Shown: positions 36,837-48,886 of the stretch, one piece after another
How the letters are laid out: every line of letters starts with the position of its first letter
How positions within the stretch are numbered: position 1 is the stretch's first letter
NCBI RefSeq assembly: GCF_963921235.1
Contig: NC_086097.1
Coordinates: 238,020,001-238,084,000 of the forward strand
Direction: 5' to 3'
Origin: Mobula hypostoma
Lineage: Eukaryota
DNA: 64,000 bases
Translations under genes and position numbers: made by a program
The notes under the pieces: generated by a model
What the model saw: only the letters and a program-made list of their open reading frames with translations
What the model was told of the DNA's origin: nothing
Databases searched by the model: none

Positions 36837-37931
36837 TTCCCTTCCTCCACCATCAACTCTGCTCTCAAACGCATCTCCCCCATTTCACGCACATCTGCTC
36901 TCACTCCATCCTCCTGCCACCCCACTAGGAATAGGGTTCCCCTGGTCCTCACCTACCACCCCACCAGCCTCCGGGTCCAACATATTATTCTACGTAATTT
37001 CCGCCACCTCCAACGGGATCCCACCACTAAGCACATCTTCCCCTCCCCGCCTCTGCTTTCCACAGGGATCGCTCCCTACATGACTCCCTTGTCCATTTGT
37101 CCCCCCCCATCCCTCCCCACTGATCTCCCTCCTGGCATTTATCCTTGTAAGCGGAACAAGTGCTACACATGCCCTTACACTTCCTCCCTTACCACCATTC
37201 AGGGCCCCAGACAGTCCTTCCAGGTGAGGCGACACTTCACCTGTGAGTCAGCTGGGGTGATATACTGCATCCGGTGCTCTCGATGTGGCCTTTTATATAT
37301 TGGCGAGACCCGACGCAGACTGGGGGACCGCTTTGCTGAACACCTACGCTCTTTCCGCCAGAGAAAGCAGGATCTCCCAGTGGCCACATATTTTAATTCC
37401 ACATCCCATTCCCATTCTGACATGTCTCTCCACGGCCTCCTCTACTGTAAAGATGAAGCTATACTCAGGTTGGAGGAACAACACCTTATATTCCGTCTGA
37501 GTAGCCTCCAACCTGATGGCAGGAACATTGACTTCTCTAACTTCCGCTAATGCCCTACCTCCCCCTCGTACCCCATCCGCTATTTATTTTTATACACACA
37601 TTCTTTCTCTCACTCTCCTTTTTATCCCTCTGTCCCTCTGACTATACCCCTTGCCCATCCTTTGGGTCCTCCCCCTTGTCTTTCTCCCCGGGCCTCCTGT
37701 CCCATGATCCTCTCATATCCCCTTTGCCAATCACCTGTCCAGCTCTTGGCTCCATCCCTCCCCCTCCTGTCTTCTCCTATCATTTTGGATCTCCCCCTCC
37801 CACTTTCAGATCTCTTACTAACTCTTCCTTCAGTTAGTCCTGACGAACTGAAACCTGAAACGTCGACTGTACCTCTTCCTAGAGATGCCGCCTGGCCTGC
37901 TGCGTTCACCAGCAACTTTGATGTGTGTTGC
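36837..37931 (+). mobile_element. 5'-truncated Penelope-like element (Neptune-type Cys linker) with 9-bp TSD
   Basis: GIY-YIG ORF plus pyrimidine-rich terminal repeat; ATGAATTAG at 36823-36831 and 37932-37940. Confidence 0.92.
37080..37550 (+). CDS. Penelope GIY-YIG endonuclease domain (C-terminal fragment)
   Basis: PCKRNKCYTC linker; GVIYCIRCSRCGLLYIGETRRRLGDRFAEH; LEEQHLIF..LQPDG.N. Confidence 0.9.
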   Translation: MTPLSICPPPSLPTDLPPGIYPCKRNKCYTCPYTSSLTTIQGPRQSFQVRRHFTCESAGVIYCIRCSRCGLLYIGETRRRLGDRFAEHLRSFRQRKQDLPVATYFNSTSHSHSDMSLHGLLYCKDEAILRLEEQHLIFRLSSLQPDGRNIDFSNFR

Positions 37932-37954
37932 ATGAATTAGTGTAGGTTTGAGTC

Positions 37955-39160
37955 AATGCTAAGGAAGGCAACTGAATTGTTAGCATTCGTTTTGACAGGG
38001 CTAGATCACAAAAGCAATGATGTAATGCTGAGGCTTTATATGACATCAATCAGATAATATTTCAAGTATTGTGAGCAATTTTGGCCACTTATCTAAGAAA
38101 TAATGTGATGGCATTGGAGAGGGTCCAGTGCAGGTTTACTAAGATGATTCTGGGAAGGAAAGGATTAATGTTTGAGGAGTTGTTGGTAGTCCTGGGCCTG
38201 TGCTCACTGTAGTTTAGAAGAATGAGAGTGGAGTTCCTTTGAATGTAAGTATTTAAAGGCTAGATGGAGTGGATGTGTTGAGGATGTTTCCGTTAACGGG
38301 AGAATGTAGAACCAGAGGGCACAGCCTCAGAACAGAAGGGTATGCCTTTAGAACAGATGAGGAACAATTTCCTCAGCCAGAGTCTGATGAGTCTATGGAA
38401 TTTATTGCCGCAAGCGGCCTTGTACTTCAAGTCAGCAGCTATATTTAAAGTGGAGATTGATATGTCCTTGAGTAATAAGAGTGTCAAAGGTTACTTACTG
38501 GAATTCACAAGAATCAGAGGGGAGGTCTCATTGAAACCTGTCAAATGTTGATAGGCGCAAACACGAGGAAATCTGCAGATGCTGGAATTTCGAGCAACAC
38601 ACATAAAAGTTGCTGGTGAACGCAGCATCTCTAGGAAGACGTTTCCGGCCCGAAACATTGACTGTACCTCTTCCTAGAGATGCTGCCTGGCCTGCTGCGT
38701 TCACCAGCAACTTTTAAATGTTTTTAGGCCTCAACAGAGTGGATCTGGGTAGGACATTTCTTACGGTGGGGGAGTCTAAGACCAGAGGACACTGTCTCAG
38801 AATAGAGGAACATTCATTTAAGAATGGAGACGAGGAGGAATTTGTTTAGCCAGAGAGTTGTGAATCTGTGGATTTCATTACCACAGATGGTTGTAGAGGC
38901 TAAGCCATTGGATATATTTAAGGCAGAGATTGATAGATTCTTGATCAGTCAGGTCATGAAAAGTTAAAAGAAGAAGGCAGGAGATTGGGGCTGCAATGGA
39001 AATGGATCAGCCATGAGGAAATGAGCAGACTCAATGGCCAAATGGCCTAATTCTGCTCCTTTTCCTTCTGGTTACAGGAAGCAAGCAAGGGAACCGGACT
39101 GAAAGGGATAATAAATCAGCCATGGTCTGAATGGCCTAAATCTGTTGCTATGTCTCATGG
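37955..39160 (+). mobile_element. Stack of CR1 3' fragments
   Basis: Repeated GHSLRI/RRNF.SQ/NLW motifs and tail stem-loops. Confidence 0.8.
38557..38715. mobile_element. Short fold-back Penelope-like insertion with imperfect 14-bp TSD
   Basis: AAATGTTGATAGGC 38543-38556 and AAATGTTTTTAGGC 38716-38729; inverted arms. Confidence 0.8.
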
Positions 39161-40581
39161 TGGCACCATGGTATCACTTTCATGATGCATCTCAGCTCTG
39201 CTCAAGGTTATATAGGATTAGAATTTACATTCATATACTTTGGAAGTTTTAAAGATGTATTTTCCAATTCTGTGTAGAAGCGATGAGCTACATGAAATAC
39301 TTTGCCCTTTTACCCTTCCAGTCAAGATTCAAGTATATTTATTATCAAAGAATATATAAATTATACAAATAAAATAAAATATCAATACCCAATGCGCAAC
39401 AGAAAGAAAAAAAAGACAAATCATGCAAACAACAACATCCTGAACCAAAAACGTGCCCTCAGATCCGAACCCTGGATCAGCCCAGAATCGGCTCAAATCA
39501 TCAGTTCATCATATTAGCGGGCACAGCGCACAACAGAAAGGGCAGAATGCATAGCCTACAAAATCAGCTCTCACCTTGGATACCAACACACTCCCTTTTC
39601 AGTCTATCTGGGCCAGTGCTTAAACTGACCAAACAACGGAATAGCGAAAGGTTGCAGCGCCCTGGAACGAGGACAGAACGTCACGGAGAGCAAGCAAAAT
39701 TGGCTCTCATCTCCGATCTGAGCCAACATTTAAATTGCAGCTTTGCTTGATATTTTTAGAAGTAGAACATAATCATTTTAACAACAGACCTATTTATAAA
39801 GGCAAATGATAAAATATAAAGTGATAAATATACCAGCAGTGAATGATACTATAGGATTTTTATCGCTATAAATAATTAAAGATTTGGAAAATGTGCAGGT
39901 CAGAAATCAAACTAATCTGGGAAGTTTTAATCTCCCAGGTTCTTTTACCATAAATATTAATTCTTTTGCAGTGAATAATTAAGGCAAGTCCTGAAAATCA
40001 AAGCTAATTAAGCTACTCTAAAAGTTTTTTTGTTTATCTGGATTAGTCATGTGGTGTCACTCAGATTGTTTTTCACTCTGGCTAAGTGAAACTGGGGGAG
40101 CAAAAGGACTTGTAATTCTTTTGAGAAATAAATTAGCCTTAGCAAATTATTAATTACAATGAAACAAAAATAACTTTACTAAGTGCACGAGTTCTCCAAA
40201 TATATTTACTGAGTGTAACTTACGACATGAGTAAAATAAGTGTATTTCAAATACCCAGCAATCTTCCAAGACACTAAGAAAATAATTGCCTAATTGCCCT
40301 GGATAGCTGTCCTTGAGTAGAGTCTTATTCCAAACCAGCAGTCAATTGAACGACTCATTTGGTCGGCCCCTCAGAGGAAATATTTTCACAATTCGTCCAG
40401 CCAAAGGTATTTTAATCGAAGATTCACTGTGACAGAGACATTCGCCAATGGAAAATTGGGTTTAATTTTTAATTATTGCTTCACTAAGTCATTTTTTTAA
40501 AAATATAATGAACATCTGCTGTAAGACAGGGATGAAGGTGGACTTGAAGCAGATGGTGGTAATAGAATTGGATCTCACAAA

Positions 40582-40716
40582 TTCGGAGCAAGAAGGCTGC
40601 GTGTGAACAGCTAAGGATTTCTGGAGTGAAGGCAGTTTTACTACTCGGAGTAAAAGAGAGGCAAGACTGCGCAGGTGCATGACGCCAGCCAGTAGAGCGG
40701 GAAAAGTTTAAAAAGA
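40582..40716 (+). mobile_element. Isolated CR1 5' UTR monomer
   Basis: Aligns by eye to the reverse complement of 25681-25816 (GCTAAGGATTTC, CTCGGAGTA, AGACTGCGCAGG, CAGCCAGT, AGTTTAAAAAGA). Confidence 0.75.
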
Positions 40717-40739
40717 AGACATGGGGATAGAGGAAGGTC

Positions 40740-41101
40740 ACTCTGCCCCCTCCCCCAGCTGCCTATCACCTCCCTCATGTTTCCACCTCCTTCTACTACC
40801 CATTGTGTTTTCCCCTATTCTTTCTTCACCTTTCCTGCCTATCACCTCCCTGCCTCCCCTCCCCCACCCCTTTATCTTTCCCCTTACTGGTTTTTCACCT
40901 GGAACCTACCAGCCTTCTCCTTCACACCCTCCCCCCACCCTCCTTATAGGGCCTCTGCCCCTTCCCTCTACAGTCCTGACGAAGGGTTCCGGCCCAAAAC
41001 GTTAACTGATCTTTTCCACAGATTCTGCCCGACCTGCTGAGTTCCTCCAGCGTGTTGTGAGTGTTGCTTTGACCCCAGCATCTGCAGATTATTTTGTGTT
41101 T
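40740..41101 (+). mobile_element. Penelope-like terminal repeat (second subfamily) with degenerate hammerhead
   Basis: CAGTC-CTGACGA-AGGGTTCCGGCCC-AAAACGTT-AACTG at 40971-41008. Confidence 0.75.
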
Positions 41102-41550
41102 ACAAGGATGTTGCCTGGATTGGGGAGCATGCCTTATGAAAATAGGTTGAGTGAACTCGGCCTTTTCTCCTTGGAGGATGAGAGGTGACCTGATAGAGGT
41201 GTATAAGGTGATAAGAGGCATTGATCGTGTGGATAGTCAGAGGCTTTTTCCCAAGGCTGAAATGGTTACCACAAGAGAACACAGGCTTAAGGTGCTGGGA
41301 AGTAGGTACAGAGGAGATGTCAGGGGTAAGTTTTTTTACTCAGAGTGGTGAGTGTGTGGAATGGGCTGCCGGCAATCGTGGTGGAGGTGGATACGATAGG
41401 GTCTTTTAAGAGACTTATGTATAGGTACATGGAGCTTAGGAAAATAGAGGGGTATGGGTAAGTCTAGTAATTTCTAAGGTAGGGACATGCTTGGCGCAAC
41501 TTTGAGGGCTGAAGGGCCTGTATTGTGCTGTAGGTTTTCTATGTTTCTAT
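41102..41550 (+). mobile_element. CR1 3' fragment
   Basis: RMRGDLIEVYKVIRGIDRVD; TTTTCTATGTTTCTATG tail. Confidence 0.88.
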
Positions 41551-41629
41551 GCAGAATTTAATGGAAAAGAAAATCAGACAACATGAAAATTGGCTGCCAG
41601 ATCACTCTTATTTTGAATCATTAACAGAC

Positions 41630-41997
41630 CAAATGGATGGCGAGGTGAAGTTACGTCTCTACCAAAGGAGGTATAAAGTGCTCCTTCTCTCTGATAGCTT
41701 CCAGTTTAGCCTTAGGCAAGGTGTAGCACCTGCTTAGACCCCAATCAGGGTCACGTGAAGCAATGGAAGCAGATTGACGATAGTCATATGAACAGCAGTC
41801 CTGGTTATGCAACCACTGATGCCAGGCAGACAATCTCTGAAGAGTGTTAATAATGACTGGTGTCACCCATCTTGTAAAGACACTGCCCAGAAGAAGGCAA
41901 AGGTAAACCACTTCTGCAGAAAAGGTTACAAAGAGCGATCACGGTCATGGAAAGACCATGATCACCCGTATCATATGGCACAGCACATAATGAAGGA
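41630..41997 (+). mobile_element. SINE-like element with RTE-type 3' end
   Basis: Second copy at 59108-59424 + 60087-60150; GAAGAAGGCAAAGGTAAACCACTTC and (ATG)n-type tail. Confidence 0.6.
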
Positions 41998-42744
41998 ACA
42001 CTTCAGATTGAATTTCTTCCTCAAGTTGAGTACTATAAGTGAGATTTACAGAGCCCATTAGCTTTAGTTTACTGAGGGAGGGGATAAAGTGAGGATCCCA
42101 CCTACCATCTGCTCATGATCCAGATATCTGCTGAGAACACAAGAATGTGTTCCAGTGTTATGTTTGGAAAAATTTTCAACTCACCCTTTCTGGACCACCT
42201 GCCAAGGAGCCAGAGACATTCAGCAATATTCACCCAAAATCACAGACTGACAAAAACTGGTGTGAGATCCAAATAAGCATGGATATCTTGGAGACATTCT
42301 GAGAGGAAGAAAAGGTGTGAGGCAAGGCAACAGCATGCAGAGTCCATCACAGTTTGGAAAATTAACACTGGGGAGGGGTACCAGGAGGGTAGGGAAAGGG
42401 AAAAAAAGAGAATGATTATGAAAAGATCGTAAATATCAGTGAAAAAGGAGCAAGGCTGAAGAAGAAGAAATTTAATAGGAGAGAAGAATATATATTTTCA
42501 CCCAATATCTGTTTTAAATTTTATAAATTGAGTTACTTTTCTAAGTTATGGATTGGTTCAATCAAGTTTTTTTTAAATATTTCACGATGATGACAACAAA
42601 ATTATTCAATAAAATTTAGTGACTGGAACTTATCGATTTAATCACGTCTGGTATTAGCAGTGTGAACAACAGGCAGGTTAACATGTACCTCTTAAATGAG
42701 TAAACAAAAATGTTTCATGTTTAATGAATAATTTTGCAAAAGTT

Positions 42745-43088
42745 GGGCCTTCTCACTGTTGCCATCAGGAAGATGGTACAGGAGCCTCAGGACTTGCTTC
42801 GCCAGGCTCAGGAAAAGTTATTACTTCTCAACCATCGGTGTCCTGACCAGAGGTGATAACATCCCTCAACTTTACTTGCCCCATCACTGGAATGTTCCCA
42901 AAATCTAAGGACTTACTTTTAAGGACTTTTAATCTCATAATCTTGATATTTATTGTTTATTTATTTATTTTTATTATTTCTTTCCTTTTGTGTTTGCACA
43001 GTTTGTTGCCTTGACACTGGTTGAAACTCAGTTGGTGTGATCATTCATTGAATCTATTATTCTTGTTATTGTTATGGAATTATTGAGT
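42745..43088 (+). mobile_element. Rex1/Babar 3' fragment
   Basis: LLPSGRWYRSLRT; reverse-complement counterpart at 47800-48168. Confidence 0.7.
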
Positions 43089-44205
43089 ATAAGACCAAAA
43101 GATACAGGAGCAGAATTAGGCCATTTGGCCCGTTGAGTCTGATGTGCCATGTCACCATGGCTAATCTAATTTTCCCCTCAGCCCTCATCCCCTGCCTTCT
43201 CCCGTATCCCTTCATGCTATGACCAATCAAGACTCTATCAATCTCTGCCTTAAATATACATAAAAACATAGCATTCTCAGCTATGGCAAAGAATTCCACA
43301 GATTCATCACACTCTGGCTAAAGAAGTTCCTTCTCATCTCTGTTCTTAAAGACACCCCTCTATTCTGAGTCTGTGTCCTCTAGTCTTAGGCTCTCCCATC
43401 ATAGGAAACATCCTCTCCACATCCACTTTATCAAGGCCTTTCACCATTCAATAGGTTTCAATGAGGTTACCACTCATTCTTCTGAGTTCCGATGAATACA
43501 GACCTGGAATCATCAAATGCTCTTCGTATGACAAGCCATTCAATCTTAGAATTATTTTCATAAAGCCCCTTTGAACCCTCTCCAGTTTCAGCACACCCAT
43601 TGGGGTCCTAAATTGCTCACTATACCTCAAATGAGGCCTTATCAGTGCTTTATAAAGTCTCAATATTACATCATTGCTTTTATATCCTAGTCCTCTTGAA
43701 ATGAATACTAATATCGTATTTGCCTCTAGAAATGCACTCCCCCCCCCCCCCCGCAAAATCCAGCACCAACTTATTTTCCCAGTCTGCCTGTCTATTGAAG
43801 TATAATGTAACATTGCCCTTTCGGCATATATTTTCTATCTCCTGTTGTAATTTGTAGGCCACATTCTTGGTACTGTTTTGGAGTCTGTATACAATTCCAA
43901 GCAGGGTCTTTTTACCCTTGCAATTCTTTAGCTTTATTCATAATTATTCAATACCTTCTGACCCTATGTCACCTCTTTGTAATGATTTGATGTCATATTT
44001 TACCAATACAGCAATGCCACCCCCTCTGCCTTCCTGCCTGTCCTTTTGATACAATGTGTATCCTCGGACATTAAGCTCCCAGTAATAATCTCCTTTCAGC
44101 CCTGATTCAGTGATGCCTGCAACATCATACCTGCCAATCTGCAACTGTGCTGCAAGTTCGTCTAGCTCACTCCGTATACTGCAGGCATTCAAATCCAACA
44201 GGTTC
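43089..44205 (-). mobile_element. CR1 with large internal deletion joining the EN domain to the ORF2 C-terminus
   Basis: LNACSIRSELDEL...GITESGL (43944..44198) joined near the poly-C at 43739-43752 to ANTILVFISRGL. Confidence 0.8.
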
Positions 44206-44235
44206 AGTTCGGCAAGAAAATGAATCTCAGGGCTA

Positions 44236-44451
44236 TACAGTACTGGTCAAAAGTCTGAGATACATAGCCCTGAGATTTTACAATGGAGATCCACATCAGA
44301 ATCAGGTTTATCATCACTCACATATGCCATGAAGTTAGTTTTTTTTTGTGGCAGCTGTATAGTGCAATACATAAAATTACTGCAGTACTGTGCAAAAATC
44401 TTGGGCACCCTAGCTGGATACTTGTGCCTGAAACTTTAGTGCTGTACTATA
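44236..44451 (-). mobile_element. Internally deleted copy of the composite mini-MITE element
   Basis: Partial TIR at 44236, ATCAGAATCAGGTTTATCATCAC tail, mini-MITE 44381-44451. Confidence 0.65.
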
Positions 44452-46354
44452 TTTGGGAAAATATCAAATAGTTACACCAGCTATATCTCATGGTCTAACA
44501 GAGCGCATCATCAGAGTGGTAGCTATAGTTTTGTGGTGTAATGCTGTATTTTATTGCTGTTTAATAAAAGTAGTGATGTGACCTGAATATCTGAAGTTTA
44601 TAACTCGAAAATTCCTGTGATCAAATGACAACACAATGTTTTTGGCTCGACCACCACCATTGGCAACGCATTCCACACATTCACAACTCCCTGTATAAAA
44701 TACTTACATCTGACATCACCCCTATATTTTCCCCCAATTACCTTCAAATCATGCCCCCTCAGTTTAGCGATTTCCACTCTGGGGCAAAAACAGTATCTGG
44801 CTATCCTCTCGATCCTATCTGTGCAGGATAAAAATCTCTTGATTCCTCATTCTCTCTTCCTCTCCGGCAATTGGGAAACTTTATGCATGTCCTGATTTTC
44901 ATTAATGATATTTGTTTCCAGACTTAAGCATTTTTAATGTTTCAGACCTACTAGATAATTTTTTCCAGCCCTTGACCTTTCCCACACACTTGGCTTCACC
45001 TATCACTGTTCAGCTAGCCTCTTTCCCCTCCACTCCCTTTTTTTATTCTGGCATCTACCCCCGTCATTCTCAGTCCTGGAGAAGTGCCTCAGCCCAAAAC
45101 ATCGATATCTATGGTGCCTGACCTGCTGAGCTCCTTCAGCATCTTGTGTGTGTTGCCTTGGGTTTTTAGCATCTGCAGACATTCTCGTGTTTAGATATTT
45201 TTTTTTGTCCCATAACATTATAGCCAAACTCTAAATGCATCATTTTACCTGATATACATCATTGATACATATCACATCATTGAGAAATCAATCAACTTGC
45301 ATCCAATTACAACTAAAATAAAATTATGGTGAAGAATATCGACCTTTAAGATTCTCATTAGATTCTGTAGATTTTTTCTAATGTAGCAGTAATCAGCCCA
45401 GGCTGTAGCTAAAGGGTATAATAAAGCCAATATTAATCTTAACTCACATCATCTTGCTCAGACACTGCAATTTGAATGTTGACAATATATTTAATGGGTT
45501 TGATCAAAGAGATTATTAGCTCAGAGAAAATATCGATATTTCAAAGCTTAAAGTCCAGTTATTGTTTATACAGTTGCAAAGTTTTTGGACAGTCTTGGAA
45601 GATAAAATTGATATCAATGGTCCAGCATCTCTTGAAATCTTTGGCTCAACTTTGGCTTAAGTGCTACATGTGGTGCGTTTTGTACTTTATTTATGAAATT
45701 TGCCCAGATAATTTATGCCACTCGATAACATTCACCCCAGAATATTTGAGACAAAAATCTCGTCACTTCTGGATCTCTCCATCAGCAAGCAAAGCACTGT
45801 AGACAGTTGAAGGGTCTTGGCCCTAAACATCTAGTGTTTACTCCCATCCATAGAAACTGCCTGAGCTCCTCAAGCACATTGTGTGGATCTAGATTTCCAG
45901 CACCTGCGGTACCTCTTGCGGCTATACTACAATACTGTAGGAGAATGTGCTGCTTTAAATATTCTGATATGGAGTTGGAAAGATTTTTTATTTCAAATTT
46001 TATTTAGCTTTTCTTTTGTCATACTGATGCCTTCACTACATTTAAGTAAGTGCTTTGATCCTTTGGTGGACTTGAATCTTCGCAACATCACTTTGCTTTC
46101 AAAAGTTCGGACAGATTTTCCAAAACTCCCAAAGTAACACACAAAATTCTGGACGTGCTCAGCAGGTCAGAAAGTATCCATAGAGGGAAATACAGAGTTG
46201 ACATTTTGGACCAAGACCCTTCATCAGGACTGGAAAGGAAGGCAGAAGAAGCCAGAATGCAAAACTCTCAAATTCCAATTTTTATTCAACGTACCGAAGG
46301 TAAGTATTAGGCACGGAGTAAGGAGATTCGGAGGGCATCATGTATGACAGAATG

Positions 46355-46700
46355 ACATGTTAGTGCAAGCGCTTTACAGCATCAATGATCACCAGTTGGG
46401 GTTTGATATGCGCTGCTCTCTGTAAGGAGTTTGCACGTTCTCCCATGATCACGTGGGCTTCCTCCAGGGGTTCTAGTTTCCTCCCACATTCCAAAGAAGT
46501 ATGGGTTACTATTAGTGAGTTGTGAGCTTGCAATGTTAGCAATGGAAGCATTGCAATTGCAGGCTGCCCCAAGCATTTACTTGGACTGTGTTAGACATTG
46601 ATGCAAATGGCGCATTTAGTCATAGTCATAGTCATAGTCATACTTTATATTTCACCGTATGTTTTGTTAGAGATGTGAAAAATTAAAGCTAGTCTTTAAA
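46355..46700 (+). mobile_element. V-SINE-like element
   Basis: GTAAGGAGTTTGCACGTTCTCCC...GTGGGCTTCCTCCAGGG..TTTCCTCCCACATTCCAAAGA. Confidence 0.72.
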
Positions 46701-47042
46701 TCTTGTACCTTTTTGGGTAGTGTTGGCAAAATAACACAACCTTGTTTGATACTGGCCTTCACTAAGATTGGCTCTGATTAGACCCATTGGTTAGCATCAT
46801 AAAGCAAACAAAAGCCAGATGTTTCACAGCCCCCTCTATTTGAAGCAGTCAAAGGATTTAGAAAGGTGTAACAGGCCGCTTTCAATAAGGCCTCCCACAG
46901 GAAATGTGTGTATTTCATGTTAGCAAGGTAATCCCAGCCTAATTTATTGCAAGGTGTCAGAAAATCAGGAACAATAGGAATTGAACAGGTCATGTTGCAG
47001 TTGTTATTTATTGTGGTTCGTATTGTAGTTGACACAATATTC

Positions 47043-47440
47043 ACAATTCAGAAGAATGTGGGGTGACCTCAATGAAAGCTATTGAATGTTCAAAGGCCTT
47101 GCTAGAGTGGATGTGGAAATGATGTTTTCTTTGGTGGGGGCATCTAAGACGCAGCCTCAGAATAGAGGGACATCCATTTAGAATGGAGGTTTTGAGGAAT
47201 TTCTTTACCAGAGGATGGTGAGTCTCTGGAATTGGTTGCTAAGGGCGGCTGTGGAGATCAAATCATTAGGTATATCTTATGCAGAGATTAACAAATTCTT
47301 GATTAGCCAGGGCATGGAGAGATTCGGGGAGAAGGCGGGAGATTGGGGCTGGGAGGGAAATTGATCAGTCATGATGAAATAGTGAAGCAGACTCGATGGG
47401 CCGAATGGCCTAATTCTGCACTTATATCTTCTGGTCTTAA
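47043..47440 (+). mobile_element. CR1 3' fragment
   Basis: SLRIEGHPFRME; tail stem-loop. Confidence 0.85.
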
Positions 47441-47799
47441 GGTCAATATCACCAAAAAATGTTTGTTTTTCTGGCATTTCAAAGCAGATCAGAGCTTCCC
47501 ATTATCGTCAATAACCAAATGAATCTTATTACCTGTGAATCTGGTTATTTTTGATGTATTATGTGGACCAATGAAATACATTTGAAAAAAAATCCCAAAT
47601 ACTGCATGAAGGTGGCACAATGTTAAACAAATGAAACAGTCTATTAGACTAAAACGAACAAAACAAAAACTTGGTCAAAGAAGATGCCTATGATTAAACA
47701 ATCCTGCTCTATTAAGCGGATGAAATCCATCTTATTCCCACTCTTCTCTTTGAGATTTGTGAATAGAATCTGTGTGGGAGGGAGCAGGAGATGAGATGA

Positions 47800-48168
47800 C
47801 GGGTCCTTGAAAATGAATCTATTGGTTGTAGGAACATTTTAATGGTGGGGCAAGTGAAGTTGAATGACGTTCTCCCCTTTGGCTTGAGTGCCGGATGACT
47901 GAGGGATAATAATTGTTCCTTAACCCGGTGGTGTAAGTCCCAAGGTTCCTATACCTTCTTCCTGATGGAAGCAGTAAGAAAAGAGCATGTCCTGGGTGGT
48001 AGAGGTTCGGGATGAATGCTGCTTCCCTGTGAAACCATTTCATATAGATATGCTCTATGGTGGGGGATTGCTTTACCCATGAAGATCTGGGCTATATCCA
48101 TAACTTTTTATAGGGTTTTCCATTCAAAGTGTTTCTATACCAGGCTCTGATGCAGCCAGTCAGTATAC
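47800..48168 (-). mobile_element. Rex1/Babar 3' fragment
   Basis: HPGHALFLLLPSGRRYRNL..TT.LRNNYYP. Confidence 0.8.
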
Positions 48169-48331
48169 ATAATATTGAGCAAAGTGCATGTTCAACTAGA
48201 GATCCAGCTTCCTTAAAACTTTGTTCTAAATCTATTAACATGAATGACTGAGGGTATTAGTGCTTTGTTAATGAATACACAAGGCTGCAGTGTATGTTGA
48301 GGCATTCTCCATGAGAAATGCTTTGGTTATG

Positions 48332-48886
48332 TACACAGTGTGTGTAAAAGCCTTAGGCACTTACATATATACAGTAGCTAGGGTGCTTAAGACTTTTACA
48401 CGATGCTGTAGTAATTTTATGTACTGCACTGTACAGCTGCAGCTGCAAAAAAAAGTCATGCCATATGTGAGTGATGATAAACCAGATACGGATATGAGTC
48501 TACTGTGGACTGGGAGTGGGAAGGGAGCAGGGAGAGAGGAATCATGGTTGGGAAGAAGGGCAGGGAGAGAGGAGGAAGTGGGAAGCACCAAAGAAACATT
48601 CAGTAATGATCAGTAAAACAAATGTTTGGAATCAAATGGATTGCCTGGTATCTCCAGGATGGGCATATCTGCACCCGCACCACCCAGTGCCACTGGCACT
48701 TCCTCTCTGCCACCTCCCCTGTCCCATAGCCCTCCCATGATGCTGCACCATTCCCACTCCCAACACCCTGTGCTCCTGCCAGATCTACAAACTCCCTCTC
48801 TGCTCCACGTTGACAAATACAGTACTATGCAAAAGTCTAGCACTTTAGCTGCATTAATGTGCCAGAGGCTTTTGCACAGTGCTGTA
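48332..48886 (+). mobile_element. Composite non-autonomous DNA element bounded by two ~70-bp palindromic Tc1/mariner-type mini-MITEs
   Basis: Mini-MITEs 48332-48410 and 48818-48886 (TACAGTACTGTGCAAAAGTC-like arms, TA termini); homologues at 15.1-15.5, 18.7-18.9 and 44.2-44.45 kb. Confidence 0.75.

Noticed and set aside
45249..45312. Minus-strand AG/GT-bounded segment
   Set aside because: Stops in all three frames, which shows such splice-site pairs occur by chance here.
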